A DNA stretch of 64,000 nt. Source: an uncultured Methanosarcinales archaeon (lineage in GTDB: Archaea; Nanobdellota; Nanobdellia; Woesearchaeales; JABIAG01). Both the position numbers and the translations under genes were made by a program. The first letter of the stretch is position 1. Every line of letters starts with the position of its first letter. Below, in pieces: positions 56,385-64,000 of the stretch. The DNA is taken from positions 16,717 through 80,716 of the forward strand of contig CAZLQZ010000004.1 of assembly GCA_964561995.1 (NCBI GenBank), written 5' to 3'. Under the pieces are notes generated by a model that saw nothing but the letters and a program-made list of their open reading frames with translations, was not told where the DNA came from and searched no databases.

Positions 56385-57240
56385 AGATTGGAAAAAAGCG
56401 GGAAGAATTTCAGCAGAAGCATTAGAATGTGGTAGATTATTAATTGTTAAAGGAAGTTCTGTTTTAGATGTTTGTAATAGAGTTGATGAAAAGATAAGGC
56501 AATTAGGGGCAAATCCTGCATTTCCATCACAAATGTCATTAGATAATGTTGCAGCTCATTCTTGTCCTGATAAAGATGATAAGATTATTCTTGATACTCA
56601 AGTTGTTAAATTAGATGTGGGTGCGGAAATTAATGGGGCAATAGGTGATAATGCTTGTACTGTTGATTTAAGCGGCGAGAATTCAAAGTTAGTTGATGCT
56701 TCAAGAGATGCCTTAAATAATGCTATAAAAATAATTAAACCCGGTACTAAAATTGGAGAGATTGGAAAAGTAATTCAAGATACAATCACTTCTTATGGTT
56801 TTACGCCGGTAGTAAATTTATCTGGTCACGGTTTGGGTGAATATAATATCCATTGTAAACCAACTATTCCAAATATTGATACTGGTGACAAAACAGAATT
56901 AATTGAAGGTATGATTTTTGCAATTGAGCCTTTTGCATCAAAAGGTTCTGGAAGAGTTAAAGAGTCTGGAAATTCAACAATCTTTGCTCAAATTAATTCT
57001 AAACCAATAAGAATGGGAAGAGATATTTTACAAAAAGTTGAATCATTTAAGTTATTACCTTTTACTAAAAGGTGGTTAGATTTTCCAGAATTTAAGTTAA
57101 GGATGGCATTTAAACAGTTTGAACAACTTGGAATTATTACTAGTTATCCTCCTTTAGTCGATACTGGATTAATTAGTCAAGCAGAACATACTGTAATTGT
57201 CACTAAAGATGGTTGTGAGATTTTAACTATTTTTAATTAA
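56374..57240 (+). CDS. map: Methionine aminopeptidase, archaeal type 2
   Basis: AGRISAE...AFPSQMSLDNVAAHSCP...IDVGAEINGAIGDNACTV... (pita-bread fold with insert), ~288 aa. Confidence 0.85.
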   Translation: MQIEDWKKAGRISAEALECGRLLIVKGSSVLDVCNRVDEKIRQLGANPAFPSQMSLDNVAAHSCPDKDDKIILDTQVVKLDVGAEINGAIGDNACTVDLSGENSKLVDASRDALNNAIKIIKPGTKIGEIGKVIQDTITSYGFTPVVNLSGHGLGEYNIHCKPTIPNIDTGDKTELIEGMIFAIEPFASKGSGRVKESGNSTIFAQINSKPIRMGRDILQKVESFKLLPFTKRWLDFPEFKLRMAFKQFEQLGIITSYPPLVDTGLISQAEHTVIVTKDGCEILTIFN

Positions 57241-57675
57241 TTATTTTTTTGTAAGAACGTTATGATTATCTTTAATCATTTTTTTAATTGTTTTTAATTC
57301 TTCTTGAATTTGATTAATTTCTCTTTCAGCTTTTCTATCTATTGCTAGATCGGTTTCTGCTTTTTTTCTGTCTCTTTCAGTACTTCTATTTTGGCTCATT
57401 AAAATGACGGGAGCTTGTATTGCTGCTAATAATGATAAAGCTAAATTTAAAAGTATAAATGGATAAGGATCCCATGGTTTTTGTCTTAATAATAAAGCGT
57501 TTAATAAAATCCATGCTAAAAAACCCAACATAAATAGAATTATAAAATGCCAACTACCTGCATGAAATGTAACTGAATCTGCTAATTTTTGTCCATAAGT
57601 TCTTCGACGTATTATCTTTTTAATATTTTTAGAATTATTTTTTTCAGGCTTTTGTTTGTTTGCTTTTTTTGCCAT
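57241..57675 (-). CDS. DUF1003-family membrane protein
   Basis: PFILLNLALSLLAAIQAPVILMSQNRSTERDR. Confidence 0.5.
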   Translation of the reverse strand: MAKKANKQKPEKNNSKNIKKIIRRRTYGQKLADSVTFHAGSWHFIILFMLGFLAWILLNALLLRQKPWDPYPFILLNLALSLLAAIQAPVILMSQNRSTERDRKKAETDLAIDRKAEREINQIQEELKTIKKMIKDNHNVLTKK

Positions 57676-57893
57676 TAATTTATATTTTAGATAATCTACT
57701 ATTTAAGTCTTTTGTTGTTAGATATTTTGATATTGTTAATTCAAGTGTGTGCTGTTTTTTCTATTATAATTTATTTTTTAGTTTGAATGCATGGTGCTAT
57801 TATAATACTATTAATCTGTTTTTATGTGAAAATCTTATAATTATCATTTTTGTTTTCTAAAAATTTAAATATCATTATAGTAAACCATAATCT

Positions 57894-58541
57894 ATGATTA
57901 TTTGTGGTATTGATGAAGCGGGCAAAGGTCCAGTACTTGGAAGTTTGATAATTTGTGGTGTTACAATAGAGAAATCTAAAATTAAAAAGTTAAAAGCATT
58001 AAAAGTTGCAGATTCAAAATTACTTTCTAAAAAAATAAGAGAAGAGCTTTATGATAAAATCATACGTGTTGTTGATGATTACGAACTTATTGTTTTAGAA
58101 CCAAAAGATATAGATTTCGCTTTAAATTCTCCAGTATTAAATTTAAATAAGTTAGAAGCTAATCATACTTGTGAATTGTTAAAAAAATTAAATCCCGATA
58201 AAGCATTTATTGATTGTCCTGATGTAAATCCTCAGCGTTATAAAAACATTTTACAACAAGCAACCAAGGCAGAATTGATTGTTGAACATAAAGCAGAAAA
58301 ATATGAAGTTGTTGCAGCTGCTTCAATTATAGCTAAAGTAATTAGGGATAGAAGTATGCATGAGCTTAAGGAAATTCATAAGGTTGAGGTGGGCTCAGGT
58401 TATTGTTCTGACCCCGTAACTAAAAAATTTATTGATAAACATTGGAACAATGAAGTTTTTTCTCATATAATTAGAAAGTCTTGGGCAACTTATAAAAATA
58501 AAAAAATAGAAAAGGAACAAAAAACATTAGATAATTTTTAA
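57894..58541 (+). CDS. rnhB: Ribonuclease HII
   Basis: MIICGIDEAGKGPVLGSLIICG (DEAGRG-type active site). Confidence 0.85.
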   Translation: MIICGIDEAGKGPVLGSLIICGVTIEKSKIKKLKALKVADSKLLSKKIREELYDKIIRVVDDYELIVLEPKDIDFALNSPVLNLNKLEANHTCELLKKLNPDKAFIDCPDVNPQRYKNILQQATKAELIVEHKAEKYEVVAAASIIAKVIRDRSMHELKEIHKVEVGSGYCSDPVTKKFIDKHWNNEVFSHIIRKSWATYKNKKIEKEQKTLDNF

Positions 58542-58608
58542 TTTTTCTCTCTATATTTCGAAAATTACAAATAGTAAGATTTATATATCCCTAACTATAT
58601 GAAATAAC

Positions 58609-60474
58609 ATGGAAATTGGAGAAAGTAACCTTAAAGATTATGTTAGATTATTATTAAGCCATAAATATTTCATAATTTCATTTTTAATTGTATTTTTTTT
58701 CATTGGTTTAGGTTTCTATTTTACTGAAGTTCCATTTTATTCTGCAGAAGTTAAATTAGTAATTGATTCTGAAAAATTAGACACTGCATTTGATGTTATG
58801 CAAATTCAAGAACCCGAAGTGATTATGGCTTCTATTAAAAATTATAATGTAATTTTAGATTGTGTAAAAGAATTGAATCTTACTAATTATCCTATGACTT
58901 TACCATTAGAAAGAAGAGCAAGAAATTTTATAAATGTTTTATTAGACCCTAATTATGTTGTTAAAGAATTAACCTTAAATGATTATTATCTTTTTTATGC
59001 AAGTAATATTGTTTCATCATTTAAACGAGGGAAAATAATTCAAATTAGAATTTCAACTCACGATCCAATAATTTCAGAAAAGTTTGCAAATCTTTTAGGT
59101 AATAAAATTGTTGAAAAAAATAAAGAATTAAAAAGAAAAAAAATTGCTGTAACTGTTAATTATATTGATACCCAACTTAGCGTTATAAGAACTGCCTTAG
59201 AGTCTAATTTAGAAGGTTATCATGGCTTGATTGCTTCTGAAGAGTATATAAATGTCGTATCATTTCAAGAAAAGATTGAATCTAATAAAGAAATTATACT
59301 TTCAATGGAAAAAGAATTGGAATCATTAAGAGCAGAAGAATCTACTATTTTTTATAAAGATGGACTCAATGATAATTCTGTTAATGCTAGACTCGATTTG
59401 AATCGAAGAATTGAAGCTTTAAAAGAACGTGTAATTGAATTACGTGCAGAAATAATTAGTTATCAGAGTGATTTTTTTAAATTAAATAAAACTATTTATT
59501 ATGAAGCAAATGAACTTAATTATTTTGTTAAACAAGATGAACTAATATATTCTAATTTAATTAATGAAAAACAGAAGTTTTTATTGTCAGAAGTATTAGA
59601 ATTGGATGATGTTACATTTCTTAGTAAAGCTTGGGTTCCAGCATATCCTGATTTTACAAGAGGATTTATTTTATTAATGGTTTCAATGATCTTTGGATTT
59701 TGTGCGTCTGTAGGTTTAATTTTAGTAATAAACTTTTTTGAAACTCGCTTTCTTAGTGAGGATGAAATTGAATCTGAGTTGGGATTTAAAATAATTGGTA
59801 AAATACCTTTTATTCCTAAAAAATTGCTTGATTCTTTTATATCTGGAAATAAAGTAATTCCTCCCGAATTACTGGAGTCTTATGAAACTATTAGAACTAA
59901 TCTACATTTTGCAAGAAAAGAAAAAAATATAAAATCAATCTCATTAGTTTCATCAACTGCTCATGAAGGTTCTTCACTTGTTGCAGCAAATCTTGCAATG
60001 ACTCTTGCAAGAGATGGTGAAAAAACTTTACTCGTCGATGTTAATTTTAGAAATCCAGTTATTGATAAAATATTTGATATTGATGAAGATGAAGGTGGAA
60101 TAACTAATATTAATAAAAAATTAAATTTTAATAAGTTATGTCATAAAGAAAATAAAAATCTTCATGTTATTGTTTTGGGAAATCAAAAATGTCATCCTCA
60201 AAACCTTATGGAATCTAAACAATTTGATTCTTTTTTAAAAAAGGTAATGAAAAAGTATGATAATGTTATTTTTGATGCATCTCCAGAATTAAGTACTACT
60301 GAGACTAGTGTACTAACTTCAAAAACAGACTCAACAATTTTAGTAGTAGATTTAAAGAATACAAAAAAGTACGATGTTAAAAAAGAAATTGGTGATTTAA
60401 CCGATGCTCATGCAACAATCATTGGAATTGTTGTTAATCAGGCTAGAGTAAGGTCTGTTGATTTAAGAATATGA
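58609..60474 (+). CDS. Polysaccharide co-polymerase (Wzz/GumC-like) fused to a BY-kinase-like P-loop domain with a degenerate Walker A
   Basis: N-terminal Wzz TM plus coiled-coil periplasmic domain and a second TM; C-terminal SSTAHEGSS (where GEGKT is expected), LLVDVNFRNP (Walker A'), VIFDASP (Walker B); no Tyr-rich tail. Confidence 0.55.
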   Translation: MEIGESNLKDYVRLLLSHKYFIISFLIVFFFIGLGFYFTEVPFYSAEVKLVIDSEKLDTAFDVMQIQEPEVIMASIKNYNVILDCVKELNLTNYPMTLPLERRARNFINVLLDPNYVVKELTLNDYYLFYASNIVSSFKRGKIIQIRISTHDPIISEKFANLLGNKIVEKNKELKRKKIAVTVNYIDTQLSVIRTALESNLEGYHGLIASEEYINVVSFQEKIESNKEIILSMEKELESLRAEESTIFYKDGLNDNSVNARLDLNRRIEALKERVIELRAEIISYQSDFFKLNKTIYYEANELNYFVKQDELIYSNLINEKQKFLLSEVLELDDVTFLSKAWVPAYPDFTRGFILLMVSMIFGFCASVGLILVINFFETRFLSEDEIESELGFKIIGKIPFIPKKLLDSFISGNKVIPPELLESYETIRTNLHFARKEKNIKSISLVSSTAHEGSSLVAANLAMTLARDGEKTLLVDVNFRNPVIDKIFDIDEDEGGITNINKKLNFNKLCHKENKNLHVIVLGNQKCHPQNLMESKQFDSFLKKVMKKYDNVIFDASPELSTTETSVLTSKTDSTILVVDLKNTKKYDVKKEIGDLTDAHATIIGIVVNQARVRSVDLRI

Positions 60475-61481
60475 AATCTGTAGAAAATAAAGAGGTTGGC
60501 GTTTCAATACTTACAAAATATTTCAAAATACCTGATAAAACTTTGAAATCTGTAACATTTCAGTTTATGTTTAGAATGATTTCATTAGTAATTTTATTTA
60601 TGTATGAAGTGTTTATTATAAAAGCTAATGTTGATTTTTCTTTTGGTAAAATTGATTTAGTTGATACTTTAAATTTTCCTCAGCAACTTCCTAATTTGAT
60701 TCTTGTTGCTTTTGTAATATTTTTTATCTTAAATAAAGAAGATTTTCAAATGTTTGGAAATTTATCTCAAATAACTATGGCTAGATTTTATTCCTTTTTT
60801 TCATTGAATGTAATAACTACTGCTGTTTTTTTATTATATAATCAGTATATGATATTTAATAGTGTTTTAGTTTCTGCAAATCCAACTGTTTTTGTTATTA
60901 TTTGGTTTTTGCTTGCGATTTCACTTCTTGTATTTTTGTTTCTTTCTTTTTTTAAAATTGGAGATCTTATTAACGCACTTAAAAAATTTAAAATGTCAAT
61001 TTTTATTTCTTTATTTTTATCGTTAATCTTCTTTTCAATATATGATTTTTTTTATAAATTCTGGGTAATTCTTTCTTTTTTAGTAAGCAAGGGTGTTATT
61101 CTAGTTCTTTCAATTTTTTATAGTCCTGAGTTGAGTTATGTTGGAGGAATTCCAAACATTAAGTTGTTAGATTTTGGTGCTTCAGTTTCTGCTCCTTGTT
61201 CAGGTATTGAAGGAATTAGTTTGTTTATTCTTTTATTTTCAATATTTGTAATTTATCACCGAAGAACTGTTAATAAAGAAAAAGTTCTTTTTTTATACAT
61301 TGTTGGTATTGCTAGTGTAATTTTGTTAAATATTTTAAGGATTGCTCTTTTGTTTTGGATAGGAGGTGTATTTTCCCCAGCATTAGCAACTGGAATTTTC
61401 CATTCTAATTTGGGGTGGATAATGTATTCTGTTTACTTTGTAATTTTTGAAATATTTTTGTTTGATTGGGTGCAAGAATGA
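60471..61481 (+). CDS. Exosortase/archaeosortase-like polytopic membrane protein (tentative)
   Basis: 8 TM helices; conserved-looking VSAPCSGIEGISLF Cys motif and Arg/Asn positions; sits inside the glycan cluster. Confidence 0.35.
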   Translation: MKSVENKEVGVSILTKYFKIPDKTLKSVTFQFMFRMISLVILFMYEVFIIKANVDFSFGKIDLVDTLNFPQQLPNLILVAFVIFFILNKEDFQMFGNLSQITMARFYSFFSLNVITTAVFLLYNQYMIFNSVLVSANPTVFVIIWFLLAISLLVFLFLSFFKIGDLINALKKFKMSIFISLFLSLIFFSIYDFFYKFWVILSFLVSKGVILVLSIFYSPELSYVGGIPNIKLLDFGASVSAPCSGIEGISLFILLFSIFVIYHRRTVNKEKVLFLYIVGIASVILLNILRIALLFWIGGVFSPALATGIFHSNLGWIMYSVYFVIFEIFLFDWVQE

Positions 61482-62209
61482 AGGATCAAATAGTTAAAAA
61501 AGCAATAATTATTGGTGCAGGACTTGGTTCAAGAATGTATCCATATACTAAAGTTGAATCTAAATTGATGATTCCCATTCTTAATAAACCCTTTATTGAA
61601 TATCTTATTGACGAATTGGTTGATTCGGGTATAAAAGAGGTTGTAATAATTAGTAATCATATTTCAAAAATAAATTCGTTATTTTCAAAAGATCAAAATC
61701 TGGATAAAATATTAATTAAGATTGGTAGAAAAGATCTTTTAAAAAAAGTTAATTCTAAGATTAAAATTAATTGGCATTGTATTCAAGAAGAGCTTCCCTT
61801 GGGATGGCTTCATGAGATTTTAGCTTCTGAACAGTTTGTAAAAAATGGTCCTTTTGCTGTTTTATTTTCGGATGTATTATATCATTCAAGAACTCCTGCA
61901 ACTGCTCAACTAATTAAACAATTTCAAAAAACAAATAAAAATCAAAGGTCTCTTGGAAGATTTGTTTTTAAACCAAATGTAATTAATTTAATAAAAAGTG
62001 AAGATTTTGAATTGGGTAAAGATTTGGCAGATTTAGATCTTTTTAAAAAGCTGTGTGAATCTAATGAACTTTCATCATATGCAATAAAAGGAACATTTTT
62101 AGATATTGGTGATCCGCTATCCCTTCTTAAAACTATTACTTTTTTATCTTTAAAGGATAATGAATTAAAAAAACCTTATAGAACTTATCTTAAAAGTATT
62201 TTAAAATGA
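61466..62209 (+). CDS. Sugar-1-phosphate nucleotidyltransferase
   Basis: KAIIIGAGLGSRMYPYTKVESKLMIPILNKP (GxGxR nucleotide-binding motif). Confidence 0.6.
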   Translation: MGARMKDQIVKKAIIIGAGLGSRMYPYTKVESKLMIPILNKPFIEYLIDELVDSGIKEVVIISNHISKINSLFSKDQNLDKILIKIGRKDLLKKVNSKIKINWHCIQEELPLGWLHEILASEQFVKNGPFAVLFSDVLYHSRTPATAQLIKQFQKTNKNQRSLGRFVFKPNVINLIKSEDFELGKDLADLDLFKKLCESNELSSYAIKGTFLDIGDPLSLLKTITFLSLKDNELKKPYRTYLKSILK

Positions 62210-62841
62210 AATATATTCGATTTTTTGACATAATCTTTTCATTAATTCTATTAATAATTTTAATTCCAGTTTATTTTATTGTGTCGGTATTTGTTTTTTC
62301 TTTTTCAGGATTTCCTGTATTTTATCATCAAAAAAGAATGGGAAAAAATAAGAAAATATTTACTTTATATAAATTTCGTACAATGATTATTAATGCAGAA
62401 AAATGTCAAAAAAAAGGAACAGATACAAATAAATTAATTACTTTTCCTGGTTGTATTATAAGAAAGATTTATTTGGACGAATTACCTCAATTATTTAACA
62501 TTTTAAAAGGAAATATGAGCTTTATTGGTCCTAGACCTTATGGTGTTAAGGAGTTTAAAAAACTCAATTCAGTATACAATATTGAAGATATTTTAGCTGT
62601 TAGGCCTGGTTTGACTGGTTTGGAGAGTGCATTAGACTATCTTCCTAAAAATAAATCTAGAAATATCTTAAAAAAACTTGGAATTAAAGCAAATTATAAG
62701 TCTTTTATTGAACATAAAATAGTAATTAATAAATATTATATGCACTATAAATCCTTTTTTTTAAATATTAAGATAATTTATTGGACTATTTTATCTTTTA
62801 TATACAATGTTGTGCTTTTATTTGAAAAACTATTTAAATGA
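62206..62841 (+). CDS. Polyprenyl-phosphate sugar-phosphate transferase (PglC/WbaP C-terminal-domain type)
   Basis: N-terminal TM; KFRTM; DELPQLFNILKGNMSFIGPRP. Confidence 0.7.
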   Translation: MKYIRFFDIIFSLILLIILIPVYFIVSVFVFSFSGFPVFYHQKRMGKNKKIFTLYKFRTMIINAEKCQKKGTDTNKLITFPGCIIRKIYLDELPQLFNILKGNMSFIGPRPYGVKEFKKLNSVYNIEDILAVRPGLTGLESALDYLPKNKSRNILKKLGIKANYKSFIEHKIVINKYYMHYKSFFLNIKIIYWTILSFIYNVVLLFEKLFK

Positions 62842-62860
62842 TTGATTATTTTAGTAATAT

Positions 62861-63520
62861 ATGGTAAGTTTAGTTAAAAGGTCTTTTGATATTATTTTCT
62901 CATTTTCTTTATTACTTATATTTTGGCCATTTATGTTAATAATCTTTTTTTCAGTCGTTATCTTTTCTGGATGGCCTGCAATATATAAAGCAAAAAGAAT
63001 TGGTAAAGGTGGAAGACAATTTACAATTTTTAAGTTTCGAACAATGATTAATGAATCAAAAAGGGGTAAATTTGGTCTTTCTGATGAAGATTATGTTACT
63101 CCGATTGGTAAAATTTTAAGAAAAACACATTTTGATGAAACTCTTCAATTATTTAATGTTTTAATGGGTGATATGACTCTTATTGGACCTAGGGCAATGG
63201 ACCTTGAAAGATTCAAATATCTTTATGCAAAAAATAATGATTGGAAAAAAATCATGAAATCAATACCTGGAATAACTGGTATAAATCAATTATGTAAATA
63301 TCATCCTAAGACTTCAAAAAGAATTTTAAAAAGTTTAAAACTTAAAAAACGAAATCGTCTTTTTTTAGATGATTATTATATTCATAACCGATCATTTATA
63401 TTGGATTTAAAGATTGCACTGTGGACTTTTATTTATTTAACAGAAACTTTTGAAGGTGTTGTTATAAGTTATTCAAAACAATTTTTTTATTCTTTAATTT
63501 TAATAATTTTTAAGCATTAA
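62861..63520 (+). CDS. Polyprenyl-phosphate sugar-phosphate transferase, tandem paralog
   Basis: KFRTM; DETLQLFNVLMGDMTLIGPRA. Confidence 0.7.
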   Translation: MVSLVKRSFDIIFSFSLLLIFWPFMLIIFFSVVIFSGWPAIYKAKRIGKGGRQFTIFKFRTMINESKRGKFGLSDEDYVTPIGKILRKTHFDETLQLFNVLMGDMTLIGPRAMDLERFKYLYAKNNDWKKIMKSIPGITGINQLCKYHPKTSKRILKSLKLKKRNRLFLDDYYIHNRSFILDLKIALWTFIYLTETFEGVVISYSKQFFYSLILIIFKH

Positions 63521-63611
63521 ATACTAAATTATTAAATATTAAATTAAATAATTTATCTAATAGAATTTTAATTTAGTAAAGTATAAATACTATATGATTT
63601 AAATTATTATT

Positions 63612-64000
63612 ATGCAAATGCACGAAATTAAGAAAACTGCTTTTTTTGGATTATTATGGCGGGGAGGAAATCAAATTTTTAAACAAATTATTCTTTTTTT
63701 TGTAAAGATTTTTTTGGCAAAATTATTGATTCCTGATGAGTTTGGTTTAGCTGCTATGGCTTTTATATTAATTTCAATTTTTAATTTGTTAAATTCTATC
63801 GGAATTGGACCTGCATTTATAAGAGATGATAAATTTAATCGAAAAAGAGCTGAAAATACTCTTTTTTATCTTGGGCTTATACCAAATATTTTGATTGCAT
63901 TATTCACTTTTTTTCTTGCACCGGTTGCATCAGCTTATTTCTTTTCTCCAGCAAATGCAAACTATTTAACATTAATTTGGATGATTCGAGCAGTAGCATT
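63612..64000 (+). CDS. Wzx-type polysaccharide flippase (MOP superfamily), 3'-partial
   Basis: LWRGGNQIFKQIILFFVKIFLAKLLIPDEFGLAAMAF is the typical flippase N-terminus. Confidence 0.5.
   Translation, partial: MQMHEIKKTAFFGLLWRGGNQIFKQIILFFVKIFLAKLLIPDEFGLAAMAFILISIFNLLNSIGIGPAFIRDDKFNRKRAENTLFYLGLIPNILIALFTFFLAPVASAYFFSPANANYLTLIWMIRAVA

Noticed and set aside
1-64000. CRISPR arrays, cas genes, transposases, integrases, rRNA genes
   Set aside because: I found no short regularly spaced direct repeats and no recognisable Cas, IS-transposase, tyrosine/serine recombinase or rRNA sequence on either strand; the only repeats are the promoter-proximal and gene-end duplications listed.
1-64000. Possibility that the contig is from a CPR bacterium (because of sigma-70, type I GAPDH, MacB, EPS genes)
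   Set aside because: Rpp21, type-2 MetAP, archaeal-style short tRNA introns (including one in the T-arm), two TrmB regulators, CDC48 and leaderless TATA/BRE promoters point to an archaeal host; the bacterial-type genes are scattered between archaeal ones rather than in one block. Chimerism around the sigma gene still needs read-level checking.

Overview
The window reads as an AT-rich (roughly 30% GC) archaeal chromosomal fragment, most plausibly a DPANN-type archaeon (Woese-/Pace-/Nanoarchaeota-like). Archaeal hallmarks seen directly in the sequence: an Rpp21 (RNase P protein) gene; an archaeal type-2 methionine aminopeptidase; RNase HII; a CDC48/VCP double-AAA ATPase; two TrmB-family regulators; Lrp/AsnC; leaderless genes behind BRE/TATA-like 'AAAGTTTAAATA / TTTATAAA' boxes; and three of the four tRNA genes carrying short (about 29-38 nt) introns, one of them at a non-canonical T-arm position. 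Mixed in are genes of clearly bacterial type: a type-I GAPDH; PGK; a MacB-type ABC exporter; an EPS/Wzz-Wzx-type glycan cluster with two PglC/WbaP-like sugar-phosphate transferases and an exosortase-like membrane protein; and, most strikingly, a full sigma-70-family protein (regions 1.2, 2, 3 and 4) with a novel ~200-aa C-terminal extension. Its convergent, overlapping neighbour is a 651-aa orphan that itself carries sigma region-1.2-like and region-4.2-like motifs. Core metabolism present: PPDK (partial), alpha-glucan phosphorylase, gap-pgk, a split transketolase with rpe and rpiB, an MTA/SAH nucleosidase, a prephenate-dehydrogenase-like protein and peptidase U32. No rRNA, CRISPR array, transposase or integrase was recognised. 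Further anomalies: an N-terminal dph2 fragment followed in the same frame (interrupted by stops) by a free-standing LAGLIDADG homing endonuclease; a ~210-aa coiled-coil insertion in the CDC48 D1 lid; a duplicated 53-bp gene 3' end flanking a 79-nt GC-richer insert; two families of near-identical promoter-proximal repeats; perfect palindromic operator candidates next to regulators; a tandem-repeat SH3-like small basic protein; a Csa3-like CARF-wHTH regulator with no CRISPR-cas; and several large orphan proteins. All coordinates are from manual counting and may be off by 1-2 nt.
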